From Candidatus Saccharimonadota bacterium (lineage in GTDB: Bacteria; Patescibacteriota; Gracilibacteria; Absconditabacterales; Absconditicoccaceae), in NCBI GenBank assembly GCA_030429145.1, contig JAUIDC010000001.1, forward strand, positions 90,001 through 122,000: a DNA stretch of 32,000 nucleotides. Direction: 5' to 3'. Below the pieces are notes generated by a model that was not told where the DNA came from, made no database searches, and saw only the letters and a list, made by a program, of their open reading frames with translations. Below are positions 1 through 10,001 of the stretch, piece after piece. The position numbers were made by a program, and so were the translations under genes. Position 1 is the first letter of the stretch. Every line of letters begins with the position of its first letter.

Positions 1-170
1 GATGGATTGGCGTCGGAGGTAGCAGGCGCTGATGATCATCAAGCAGTAGTTCGGGATGACGATCAAGTTCAAGCTCCTCAAGCAGTAGCAGCAGTTTTTC
101 ATGATGAGGTGGTTCTTCAGGTGGTGGATGAGCTGGAGATTAGATACAAAATATATTTTGTATACAACAT
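1..170 (-). CDS. Partial CDS (N-terminal part; the gene continues past the window start): short hydrophobic N-terminus followed by a Ser/Thr/Gly/Ala-rich low-complexity segment
   Basis: ATG at 170-168. The frame stays open to base 1 when TGA=Gly (7 in-frame TGA): MLYTKYILYLISSSSTTGRTTSSGKTAATAGGAGTGSSSRTTAGGSSAPATSDANP. The GC-richer stretch ends where this ORF starts. The opposite-strand frame (track ORF 7..210) is also open, so the strand call is uncertain. Confidence 0.3.
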
Positions 171-186
171 TTCGTTGTATTATAAT
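158..186 (+). promoter_or_regulatory. Candidate sigma70-like promoter for the pilin gene
   Basis: TTGTAT (158-163), a 17-nt spacer, then TATAAT (181-186), about 55 nt upstream of the ATG at 242. Confidence 0.35.
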
Positions 187-241
187 AAGAAATCTATACG
201 AATAGGTTGATATAAGGTTTAGTTGAGCTTCAAACACACAG

Positions 242-928
242 ATGAAACAAAAAAGAGTATTTTCTTTTACGTTGATAGAGATGCTGATAGTCATTGTGAT
301 TATCGGTATTTTGGCGGCTGCTCTCGTGCCGAGACTCGCGGACGTTCAGGGAAGAGCACGTAACGTGCAGAGAAAAGCAGATATCGCTACGCTTACCAAT
401 GGGATAAAGATCTACTACTCTGACTATGGGAATTATCCAAGAGGACTCGGACATATGGTGACGGGAAACATTATGACGTCACTACCAAAAGACCCTCAGA
501 TGTCTCAGAGACATCCTTGTTCTTGGTGGCCTGAAGGATGGTGAACTGGCGCACTTGCAGACTGATACTACTTCACTTCTGGATTTTACAATGACTCATA
601 TAATTGTGGTAGTGCGATTGAAAATTGTAGCTCTGCACACTACTGATATCTCTATATTAGTTGTGCAGCCAATCCGACCAACTGTAAATTTGCAGGAGTC
701 TGAGCTATGATGGAAAATGATGGCTCTATCAATTCATATGGCGGCACTGTGAGTACAGGCGCATATTATGCATGTAACCGAGGTAACAACTACGCAGAAC
801 GATGACGATACACTCCTTATGGAAAATACTATGCTCGACAACTTGTCATGGGTGAAATGGCATGAGGATTAAACAGTAAGGGGAAACTATTTCTTCGTGT
901 CTTTGTCAATGGAGATGTGAGGTATTAA
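242..928 (+). CDS. Type IV pilin-like protein (prepilin-type N-terminal cleavage/methylation domain) with a Cys/Tyr/Gly/Asn-rich C-terminal domain
   Basis: MKQKRVFS|FTLIEMLIVIVIIGILAAALVP is the class-III signal plus hydrophobic helix with Glu at +5. The track ORF 242..544 ends at a TGA. Reading TGA as Gly runs through 6 in-frame TGA to TAA at 926-928 (228 aa). Confidence 0.85.
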
Positions 929-955
929 AATATTTTACCGTACTGATATCATAAA

Positions 956-1501
956 ATGCCAAACATAATCCCTAACTATTTTCTCTCTACATTACAATCT
1001 CGCTTTGAAAAACACATGCATCGTCACAAAGGTATGGCGTGGAAGAAAGTGCAGGCGAAGTTAGAGACAAATAGTAAAAAGCTTGAGACTCTTTTTGCCA
1101 TGGAAGAGACTGGTGGAGAACCAGATGTTATTGGGTACGACAAAAAGAGTGATGAGTATATTTTTTGTGACTGCTCTGCTGAGAGTCCGAAAGGACGTAG
1201 GAGTCTTTGCTATGATGAAGCTGCTCTCAAGTCAAGAAAAGAACACAAGCCCAAAGACAGCGCTCTGAATATGGCAAAAAAAATGTGAATTGAGATCTTA
1301 GATGAAGAACAATACAGATACTTACAGGAACTCTGAGAGTTTGATCTGAAAACATCGAGTTGGATCAAAACCCCTGCTGAAATAAGAAAGCTTGGATGAG
1401 CAATTTTCTGTGATCGTCGTTATGACACAGTTTTCACCTATCACAACGGCGCAGAGTCTTACTATGCTTCTAGAGGATTTCGCGGCATAGTGAGAATATA
1501 G
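956..1501 (+). CDS. DUF4256 family protein
   Basis: RFEKHMHRHKGMAWKKVQAKLE...TGGEPDVIGYDKKSDEYIFCDCSAESPKGRRSLCYD...KTSSWIKTPAEIRKLGGAIFCDRRYDTVFTYHNGAESYYASRGFRG matches my recollection of DUF4256. The three in-frame TGA read as Gly (MGIE, LGEF, KLGGA). TAG stop at 1499-1501. Confidence 0.8.
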
Positions 1502-1531
1502 ATTGAAACAATTTACTTATGAGATAGCTCC

Positions 1532-1882
1532 ATGCAAAACACCAAAATCTTTACGATGCCATTTGCCAAAGTCTATCCGATGTATATCCAGAAGGCAGAA
1601 AAGAAAGGACGTACTAAAGACGAAGTCGATATCATTATTTGTTGGCTAACAGGATACACCAAGAAACAACTTGAGAAACAAATCAAACAACAAAATGATT
1701 TTCAAACTTTCTTTGCCGAAGCACCATCACTGAATCCAAATGTTTCAAAAATTACTGGCGTCATTTGTGGTTATCGCGTAGAGGATATACAAGATCCACT
1801 GATGCAAAAAATTCGTTATTTAGATAAGCTTATTGACGAGTTAGCTAAGTGAAAAGCGATGGAAAAAATTTTGAGAGAATAG
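1532..1882 (+). CDS. DUF2200 family protein
   Basis: [37 protein letters not shown]...[12 protein letters not shown]-[TGA=G]-KAMEKILRE. The family C-terminus LAKGKAMEKIL is recovered only if TGA=Gly. TAG stop at 1880-1882. Confidence 0.8.
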
Positions 1883-1898
1883 ATATGCTCCATTGATA

Positions 1899-2420
1899 CT
1901 ATCTATGTTTTCCCCACTCACGATGAATCAATGCCTCTAGCTCTTTAAAGTTTATTTTCAAAGCCCCAGAGGTCATGGTAAGTGGAGATCCACACATCTC
2001 ATAGTTTTGTTTCATGATATATTTAGTAACCGCTCCTTTGACACGAGAGAGATATTTAGTAGGATTATCTGTATGTAAGATAAGAAATTTTGTAGATGAT
2101 ATTTTTCCTGTTTCTATGTGAGTAATATCCTTCCACTCTATGAGTCATAGTTTTATAGGACCTGAATTATCAACGATGCCATTTTCATCTATGATCAAGC
2201 CAGGCCTCCTATCGATAAGTTTTCTGAGGGCAAGAAGTGAAAAGACGAAGAAAATCACAACGCATATCAGCAATACAAACCTAACAACTTCAGCATCTAC
2301 ATAGGGAAATGGGGCAGACATTTCCATGACTACAACCCCTACTATGGCGATGATAACAGACGCTACAAATGCAAATAGACTCTTTCTTTTGCTCAATGAA
2401 ATTTCAATCTTTTTAGTCAT
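1899..2420 (-). CDS. Small membrane protein: two N-terminal TM helices plus a PH-like C-terminal domain (resembles the STM3941 family)
   Basis: MTKKIEISLSKRKSLFAFVASVIIAIVGVVVM...VVRFVLLICVVIFFVFSLLAL...GLIIDENGIVDNSGPIKL-G-LIEWKDITHIETGK.... Continues through TGA at 2145-2147 to TAG at 1899-1901. I prefer the internal ATG at 2420 over the track start at 2480. Confidence 0.6.
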
Positions 2421-2513
2421 GCTGGTCTTTAATCTGTAGTAAAATATTAGTCTAATAAAGACAGTGTAGCAAAAAAGCATCGTATTGAAAGTAATTTGCT
2501 TGGAGATTGCGGG

Positions 2514-2546
2514 ACAGTTTTACAACAGTTTTACAACAGTTTTATA
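2514..2546. repeat. Three tandem 11-bp direct repeats (acagttttaca x2, then acagttttata) in a divergent intergenic region
   Basis: Read directly: 2514-2524, 2525-2535, 2536-2546. They lie between the minus-strand gene start (2420) and the plus-strand gene start (2631). Confidence 0.85.
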
Positions 2547-2630
2547 GGCAATAAGCCAGCTTCACACAATGCAAATGGAACTGAATATAGACTCCTTGAA
2601 AAGATAGTTCATTTCTCTATACTGCGTGAG

Positions 2631-3020
2631 ATGAACTACATCAAAAATCTTCTAGCTGGTATGATACTATTCGTCTATGCTTTTTGAGCATCGACTCTTT
2701 CTCACATGATCGCAATGGATCATGAGAGTGGGAAACAAACTGTGCAGTGTCACACCCCTGCCCATGACAAGGTAGATACTGACAGGCAGTGTATGCAAGT
2801 ATGCGATTACATAGAAGAAAATAAATTATCGATTACTGCTAACAAACCCATATCGAAAAAAATACATATTCCACTATTTTCTTTTGACCCACCCTCATAC
2901 CACTCTCTCGAAAACATCATTAAACTAGGACTACTTGATACAGACACCTGATACACGATGGAATTCTACTCTCCAAATCCACCACTCTCCCACATTTTCT
3001 CTACGGTACTTATCATATAG
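2631..3020 (+). CDS. Hypothetical secreted protein with a His/Cys/Met-rich mature N-terminus
   Basis: MNYIKNLLAGMILFVYAFGAS is a signal-peptide-like N-terminus, followed by TLSHMIAMDHESGKQTVQCHTPAHDKVDTDRQCMQVCDY. Joins track ORFs 2496..2687 and 2706..2951 through two TGA. TAG stop at 3018-3020. The start choice is uncertain. Confidence 0.45.
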
Positions 3021-3070
3021 GAGGCTGCATAATACTATAAATATATCATTTTTATATATTATTTTTCGTC

Positions 3071-3649
3071 ATGCAGAAAAAAACTCTTATCATAATGTGA
3101 ATACTCGCTTCTAGTCTCTTACTTGCTGGATGTAGTAGCAAGGCAGCTACCAAAACTGAGGATGTAAAAGCAACTCAAGAAGATTCCCATATGTCTCAAC
3201 TTATGAGCAGTCAGAACATTAGCGAAGAGATGTTTCTCAGAAATATGATCCCACATCACCAAGAGGCTATCTATACTGCTGGTATCGTTGTCAAAAACAG
3301 CACAAATCCTGAAATGATTAAACTTACGCAAAACATCATTGATGCTCAGACCAAAGAAGTTGCTATGATGCAAGGGCGATTGGATGAACGATACTCATGA
3401 GGTACAGCACCTATCGTTTATGAAAAGATGATGCCAGCACTGGAAAACTTCACTGGAGACCAACTTGATACAGCTTTCCTGCACGGTATGATCATGCATC
3501 ACATGGGAGCTATTCATATGGCACAAGGAGTACTCCAAGTATCTCCTAGAACAGAAGTAGATGCCTTGGCTCAAAATATTATCATTAACCAATCTGCCGA
3601 AATTAAACTCATGCAGCAGATATGGTGAGATATTAGAAATAAACAGTAA
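3071..3649 (+). CDS. DUF305 family lipoprotein (metal/copper-associated family)
   Basis: MQKKTLIIMGILASSLLLAGC has a lipobox (LAGC). There are two DUF305-type repeats, with MFLRNMIPHHQEAI and FLHGMIMHHMGAIHMA. Joins track ORFs 3191..3400 and 3428..3628 via TGA. TAA stop at 3647-3649. Confidence 0.8.
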
Positions 3650-3653
3650 AAAA

Positions 3654-3682
3654 GAACCTGTCGTAAGACAGGTTTTTCTTTT
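3654..3682. terminator. Rho-independent terminator hairpin between convergent genes
   Basis: gaacctgtc-gtaa-gacaggttt (9-bp stem) followed by tttttctttt. It overlaps the stop codon of the minus-strand gene. Confidence 0.6.
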
Positions 3683-4439
3683 ATGTAAACATGAGGAAAA
3701 GCATAGGGATTCACAATATAACCATGAAAAGATCCTCTATAAGCGTGATAGTAGTCATGGGTAGTTTGAAGTAGGTTCCCAGACAAGCGCATTGTATTTT
3801 ATTTCCTTTTTTAAGTTGTTTGTATACCCCTATCGCTCCAATGATCATGATGATTACCATGAATATATTTGCAATTGCAGAAAGAGAGAAATCATGAGAA
3901 AGGATAAATATCAGCCCAAGAGCTATTTCGATGAATGGATAGAAGAACCCATAATTATATCGCTTCTGGGCTATGAGATCATACATGCTGTACGCCTCCA
4001 CAAATCACCTGAGATCTATGAGTTTCATTAAGCCGAAAACGATAAACCAGAAACCCATCAGATGAGCGATAATTTTAGACAACCCATATGAATCATTCCA
4101 ACACTGTGCCACAAAAGTAAGGAGAAATACGAGAGCAATAATACATATAAGGGGAAGGAAGTTTTTCCATGTATACTTTTCTGGTAGCTCCTTAGAAAAG
4201 GTTGGAGCTTTTTGCTCTGTCGTTCATGGTGTATAATTTTCTAACCTATAGTCACCAATAGTCTCAAGCACTTGATTCATTTCTTCTAGCTGTATATGTT
4301 GGTTCATTGTAACTTCTGCGGTAGCGTTCGTCCTATCTATCACCACCTCATCGACATGGTCATGACCCTGCAACGCTTCAGTTATCTTGGCTGCACAAGA
4401 ATCGCAATGCATGCCAACAACTTTATATGTGTGTTTCAT
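3681..4439 (-). CDS. Fusion protein: N-terminal heavy-metal-associated (HMA) domain plus a MauE/DoxX-like polytopic membrane domain
   Basis: MKHTYKVVGMHCDSCAAKITEAL carries the MxCxxC metal-binding motif. TGA at 4224-4226 links it in-frame to a 4-TM region (FLPLICIIALVFLL..., GFWFIVFGLMKL, FFYPFIEIALGLIFIL, IFMVIIMIIGAIGVY...CACLG). Further TGA at 4005 and 3711. TAA stop at 3681-3683. Confidence 0.75.
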
Positions 4440-4469
4440 AATCGTCTAGGTTACTAACTAAATATACCC

Positions 4470-5006
4470 TTATAGTTTCCTTAGCATTAAATACTGAATA
4501 TGATGCTGGTGAAATCACATTGGTGGGTGCTGATCATCAACAACCTCATACTTACTATACTCTATAGAACAATATTTATCAATAACAGCTAATTCCTCTT
4601 CATCATATAAGTTAGTATCTTTCATGGTCTCGTCTTCCTTACGAAAGTAGTTCATGACAATAGTCCCCTTTTCATTTAACATATTACTCAGCAGTTCGAA
4701 AAGCTTACCTTGTACATACTCTGGTTTAAGAAAGTTTATGGCATTAAACATCATGATAAGGTCATATTTTTTAGTGTTCTCCTGCAAATATTCATGAATC
4801 ATTTTTTCATGAAAACTTATATTAGGATGTTGTTTGAGATGAGATGGGAACTGCCATAATTTCATTTTATTAGCATCAACTGCATCTACTTTACAACCAT
4901 AACTGGCACATAACAAGCTATCTTGTCCTCTGCCCGCTCACAGATCTAGCACAGTAGAAACCTTATGACCTTGTAGAGCTTTTACTATTAGTTCTGATTG
5001 ATTCAT
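4470..5006 (-). CDS. Class I SAM-dependent methyltransferase
   Basis: MNQSELIVKALQGHKVSTVLDLGAGRGQDSLLCASYGCKVDAVD contains motif I (VLDLGxGxG, with one Gly encoded by TGA at 4938-4940). The C-terminus extends through TGA at 4515 to TAA at 4470-4472. Confidence 0.8.
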
Positions 5007-5241
5007 ACTATAACCATTAGAAGTAAATTAATCTATTCTACTAGAATCAAAAGTCGTTGCAACAAACAAAAAAATAGCTAATTTTAGCTATCCTAAGCCA
5101 TTTTTGGAGGCAAAGAGTTTATTTCTGAACTATTTAATATCACAGAAAGAGAATTCAATGAGGAAATGCTGAAACTTTACCACTTTGGCTTAAGTTTGGC
5201 AAAAGCAGGCAATCTAAAAAAATACCACAAGTACTCCTCTT

Positions 5242-5267
5242 TTCTCTCACATGATAGTATATAAACA
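5242..5267. repeat. Copy 1 of a perfect 26-bp direct repeat, tctctcacatgatagtatataaacaa
   Basis: Identical 26-mer at 11742-11767. Both copies lie in AT-rich intergenic DNA. Confidence 0.9.
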
Positions 5268-5366
5268 ATATATAGCTAGATTAATAGTATTTAAATTTAG
5301 TTATATATTTACATTGCAATAGTAGAATAATTTCTATATATGGGAAATACACTAAATTTGTAGAAT

Positions 5367-5591
5367 ATGCATCCAAGTTATCCAGCTCCCAATGGCGCAT
5401 GTGTCAACAATGGGAACTTTAAAGGGCATGACTACTACTTATATGATGAAAATCCTTTTCCTTCTACTACAGAACCATCAGAAGCAGAAAGGAAGGAAGA
5501 TAATCGTTTTTATCTGAAAGTAGGGTTAATTGTACTAGGGGTAATGCTTGCAATAGGCAGTATAATTGCCATAGCATTCCCTCTCTCGTAA
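5367..5591 (+). CDS. Small hypothetical protein with a C-terminal TM anchor
   Basis: MHPSYPAPNGACVNNGNFKGHDYYLYDENPF...FYLKVGLIVLGVMLAIGSIIAIAFPLS. TAA stop, followed by a strong hairpin terminator. Confidence 0.45.
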   Translation: MHPSYPAPNGACVNNGNFKGHDYYLYDENPFPSTTEPSEAERKEDNRFYLKVGLIVLGVMLAIGSIIAIAFPLS

Positions 5592-5610
5592 TTGTATTAT
5601 TGTGGTATTT

Positions 5611-5639
5611 AAAAGCCTACCGTATCTGGTAGGCTTTTA
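5611..5639. terminator. Bidirectional rho-independent terminator between convergent genes
   Basis: aaa-agcctacc-gtatct-ggtaggct-ttt: an 8-bp GC-containing stem flanked by an A-run and a T-run. Confidence 0.7.
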
Positions 5640-5649
5640 GCGTATGTTA

Positions 5650-6690
5650 TTATTTACATGCATTTTCAATAATTGAAAATTTCTTGTTTTTACAATCTAA
5701 TTCGGCTTCAACTCATAAAGGCAGAACAAACATAGGGTCTGTATGTCAAAAGTCCATATTGGTAATTATAGGTAACTTATTAAGTCATAATTCTTTATTA
5801 ATAATCTTTATCAATTGCTCATCATAGTTTCATTGAATATTTGTTGCATAGTCCATTTGAGCTCTTCCTAGAAGAATACCTTTAATTACATGTAAGATAC
5901 CTTGTGAGCCTAAGTTTCTTATAATTCTTTCAAAGTGTGTATCTGACATTTTCTCTTCTGAAGGCTCGAGAAAAAGTATCTTATCTTTCCATTCTTCTAC
6001 AGAAGGTCGGATAGATGTTCATATCATGAAAGGGAATACGTCGATACATCCTCATAGCAGTTTCCCCGTTACTATACCCTCTCCCTGTAACCATCTCCAA
6101 TTAGAAGCCGGAAGAAGGTTTCTTTTCTTGTTTTGATTTTCTGGATTGTTCCATGGAAGAAATTCATTCGTCCATCATTCTTTATTTGGGGCAATTTCTC
6201 CTATAACCTCTGAAGAAAAAATAGTTTTATCGACTGCATCTACCATATATGGGAATAATCATCCATTTTCACCAAACCCCGCCATAATACTCGGTCCATA
6301 GAAGGATACAACACCAGCTTTATAGCAAATAAAGTGACTAATAGTAGTATCAGAGTATCCCACAAATACTTTAGGGTTATTTCTTATAACATCAAAATCT
6401 ATGTATGGAAGTATTCTTATTGATTCTTCTCATCAGATTGTAGAAAATATACCTTTAATGGTCGGGTCTTTAAAAGCATCCATTAAATCTTTAGCTCTTT
6501 CTTCTGGATGCGCATATACCCAATTTGGGTCTTGCATAGTATTATTCATTTCTACTACTTCAACTCAGAATTGCTCTGTTAATTGCTTTTTACCAACCAT
6601 ATATCTGTCTGGCACTGCTCATGGACCACCCCAAGAAAGAGATACTGTTGCTACCCTATCTCCTTTTTTTAAATGTTCAGGTTTTATCAT
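5650..6690 (-). CDS. S66 family serine peptidase (LD-carboxypeptidase / MccF-like), 346 aa
   Basis: MIKPEHLKKGDRVATVSLSWGG..EERAKDLMDAFKDPTIKGIFSTIGGEESIRILPYID...NPKVFVGYSDTTISH (nucleophile Ser in GYSD)...LGGCIDVFPFMIGT...ILFLEPSEE...ITNMDFGHTDPMFVLPLG (His). 9 in-frame TGA, mostly at family Gly positions. The ATG at 6690 overlaps the stop of the upstream gene. TAA stop at 5650-5652. Confidence 0.85.
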
Positions 6691-7946
6691 TCTTTCTTTT
6701 TAGCATTTAAAAAATTAGTTATTGTACTCATTTTCTTATCTACATTATAAGTACTATTGAATTTACATCAATACTGATGAATAGCTCTATAATCAACTTC
6801 TATATTTAGATGATTTGCTAGATTTTTAATACTTTCGTCAGAATTCTCAACAACTTTTCCATGTTTCTCAGAGATAATTTGTGAACTTGCGGACCCGACA
6901 TCAGTTGCAAACACATAACATCAGAAATATAATGCTTCCAAAACAACGCGACAATAGGCTTCTGACCTTGAAGGAATTATGACATAAGCACATTTAACAT
7001 AGATATCTTGTAATTCTTCAATTGGGAGATAGCCCAAAAAAAACACATTTTTATATAATTTCAATTCTTGTACTAAAATTTCAACTTTTTCATCCAATCA
7101 TAAGGATGACCCACATATATAGAAATTAAACTTGTTATCCTTTTCATTTAAGGTTTTTACCAGTTCTGCAAATCTATCAAATCATTTCTCATATGATAAC
7201 CTTCAGACATACAAGATATTATTAGTGTTTTTAGAAGACAATTCATCTGTATTCAAGGGTGGAAGAGAAAGGTCATTATTAATCTCAATAGCTGAACTAT
7301 TAACCAATAACGTGTCTTCTAATATTATCTTATTCTTACAAATAACTAAGTCTGAGTATTGTTTCGTTTCTAAATCTTTTTGCAGAATAACCTTACTATG
7401 AGGCAATTTGAATGTTTCAATTGACTGTAGTTCTTTTTCATTTACATGAATAGTGGAAACTAGTGGTGTTTTAAAGTAATCAGCAAGCATTCTACTTGCA
7501 TCTATAGTAAACCAAGATGTAGGAGTATGAATAAAGTCAAAAGAAATTACAGACAATCATTGTTTGCGTCTTTCAGAGTTAACTTGGGCTATCTCTAATA
7601 AAACATGTTGGAAAAGATTTTGATTATATGCATATAATATCTGTTCTGCTTCAGCATCTGTGCGAGCTTCTACAAAAGCATCATAAAAATCTTTATCAGA
7701 TGAACCAACTGCTCTTTTGATAGTATAATTATATCCATCAAACGATATAGATTGATTATTATACCAGTTACTAGCGTGAACTAATATTTTACATCATTTA
7801 TTGAACGCATAAATATCTTCTTGAGTTGTACTATGACCCGTTCATCGCATATTTTTATTGTTTTTAGAAATTTGAGGATATGGAGATTTTTCCTCTAGCA
7901 GACAATAATCGAATGTTACGTTAATATAATTATACATTATATACAT
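6684..7946 (-). CDS. GT-B fold glycosyltransferase (GT4-like)
   Basis: N-domain FDFIHTPTSWFTIDASRMLADYFKTPLVSTIHV. C-domain GRLSYEKGFDRFAELV...FNFYICGSS...VFFLGYLP..LQDIYVKCAYVIIPSRSEAYCRVVLEALYFGCYVFATDVGS. Several TGA encode Gly. Start is ATG 7946 (or 7937), overlapping the stop of the upstream gene. TAA stop at 6684-6686. Confidence 0.8.
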
Positions 7947-9159
7947 TCGCAAGTAAATCCGTTCCCATTCCTCCAACAATCATTTTCTCTTTCTTATCTG
8001 ACAACAATCTTGCTGACCAATCGACTATTCCTCCATCAAATACATCACACACATCTCCCCTTTCATTTTTTAGAAATCAACTAAATGCTAAGCCCTTATA
8101 ATGACCAACTCACCACATTCTTCCTAAATCAATGGAAATATTTAAATTCAAATCTTTATAAACCTCCTCTAAACTCTGTAGGTGATTTAATATTTTACCT
8201 ATATACTCCATATTAAAATCTATATTATTTTGCTGTAAGATTTCACTCAACTCAGCAATGTCCTTTCATTTGAGTTTACCAGTCAAACCTAGATACTCAT
8301 CTAATTGAGGCTCTTGTGCGAACCCATGCTTAGTTCTATAATCTAATTGATATTTTCTAAACTGATGAGCTTGATTTGCTCATTCTTCTAATGTAGTAAG
8401 TCATTCTTTTTCTTTAAAAAGATATGGAAGTATATCTAAATCAGAGATAGTGACATCTAAAGAGGTAAAGTTTATCTGTCCATCATTTTTTAGATGTTTT
8501 AAAATAGTAAGGTATTTATTTAATAAATCGTATGTGTGTTTTTTTTCAAATCAATAACCTGGCTGAGACCTTCACGCATAACAATTCGCCATTACTTGGA
8601 AATGAGCTTTAGGTTTATGATAAGCATCATTTGCTCAATGAAATGACTGTGTTCTTAAACAAGTTAAAAAACTAGCTAATTTTATAGTTTCATTGTTTTT
8701 TTCTTTCTTTCTCATAACAGAAGCTTCTAAAGCTAACCCCATTGAACCATCTGAGGTAATATCATATCCTCTTATTGTTGTTAATGCTCTTTTCTGACTA
8801 ACATTATTAAGATAGTGCGCTAGTCAAAAAGGGAATACAGGAGAAAGACGAATAAAATCTCGTTCCGGCATATGTTTAAGGATAGTGTTTTCTATATTAT
8901 GCAGTCATCTAATATTTGAAGTGCTTGCTTTAGGAAATCTACTTAATTCATATTGTCAAAGAATAGCTTGAGCATCTGTATTTATACTTCTATTTTCATA
9001 TACATCCAGTAATAGAGAAATTAATGTCTGAGTAGGCAATTGAGCAAGCTTATCTATAATTTCTGTATCCTCTCAAAATGCCTCAACTATCTGCTGAGCA
9101 ACTTTATCTTTTTTAACCTTTCTAGGGGTCTTTTCTCAGTGACTTGGGAGTTTTTCCAT
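7930..9159 (-). CDS. Hypothetical 409-aa protein with a class II aminoacyl-tRNA-synthetase-like (HisRS/HisZ-like) C-terminal signature
   Basis: Continuous frame with 13 in-frame TGA and no TAA/TAG. IDLGRMWGVGHYKGLAFSGFLKNERGDVCDVFDGGIVDWSARLL....MIVGGMGTDLL resembles the LDYYTG-x-xFE ... GGRYD ... GxGxGxxRL region of class IIa enzymes. A possible degenerate motif 2 is LRTQSF...AHFQVMANCYAG. The family call is tentative. Confidence 0.55.
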
Positions 9160-9183
9160 AGTTTATATCTAGTTGCTAAATAA

Positions 9184-9996
9184 TTATGCAGAGAATAGTG
9201 ACCATTGCTCATTCACTGATTTCTTTCTAAAAATAAGCAAACTTGCTCCTAAATACTTATGGTTTTCTGTAAAGAGAGACATTATTCGGAATAGTTTGTA
9301 TTCGGCAGCTTTTTTTTCATCTGCAGATAATTCACTTAATTCAGGTCTGTTAACCATATATCTACAATACTCTAATAGTTTTTTATGGTCTACATGTGCA
9401 TATTCTCCTTCGTATTTATGAAAAAGTTTTAATCCCTGCTCTTCATATGTATCTACCCGGTAATCTATGCCCCACTTTTGAATATTTAAATTCATTAGAT
9501 TATTCATTTCATCTATAATATATTGTGGAGCATCTTTCTTATAATACATCACTACATCTGCTACGAAGCCATCATCCTTACAAACTCTTACCATTTCTGC
9601 AATAGCTTTCTTCTTATCCGGTACAAAAGCTACTCCCCCCGCACTAAATACTAAATTAAATTCAGCATCTGAGAAATCTAAAGATTGAGCGTTCATTACT
9701 TTGTAGCTTACTTGCTCACTCATTTCCTCTTTTGCTGTCAATTCGGTTGCAGTAGTGACCATATTCTCATTAATATCAATACCTATCCCCTTTGCACCTG
9801 TTAACTTAGCTACTTCTCTAGTGCTTGAGCCTGTATTACAAGCTATATGGAGAAATTTTGCATCTGAATGCAAAAATACATTTTTTATCATCTCGGTAAG
9901 CATTTTTTCACCTCCAGGCGCTCTATTAGTCTCTTTAAGAAAAGCCATAAAATCTACATAAGGCATAGTAATGATTTTTTCTACTGCGTTCTGCAT
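9184..9996 (-). CDS. SAM-dependent methyltransferase (270 aa)
   Basis: Intact standard-code ORF. FLHIACNTGSSTREVAKLTGAKGIGIDINENMV (motif I-like) and LVFSAGGVAFVPDKKKAIAEMVRVCKDDGFV (post-II/III). A 5-nt gap to the upstream gene and 24 nt to the downstream gene. Confidence 0.75.
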   Translation of the reverse strand: MQNAVEKIITMPYVDFMAFLKETNRAPGGEKMLTEMIKNVFLHSDAKFLHIACNTGSSTREVAKLTGAKGIGIDINENMVTTATELTAKEEMSEQVSYKVMNAQSLDFSDAEFNLVFSAGGVAFVPDKKKAIAEMVRVCKDDGFVADVVMYYKKDAPQYIIDEMNNLMNLNIQKWGIDYRVDTYEEQGLKLFHKYEGEYAHVDHKKLLEYCRYMVNRPELSELSADEKKAAEYKLFRIMSLFTENHKYLGASLLIFRKKSVNEQWSLFSA

Positions 9997-10001
9997 AAAT
10001 G

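Noticed and set aside
5085-5115. The tggaggcaaagag string as a displaced copy of the ssrA 3' end (tggaggtgacgagag), which would mark the far island boundary.
   Set aside because: Only about 9 scattered matching bases are present and no T-arm sequence, so it is too weak. I could not find a convincing second ssrA 3' fragment by eye in this window.
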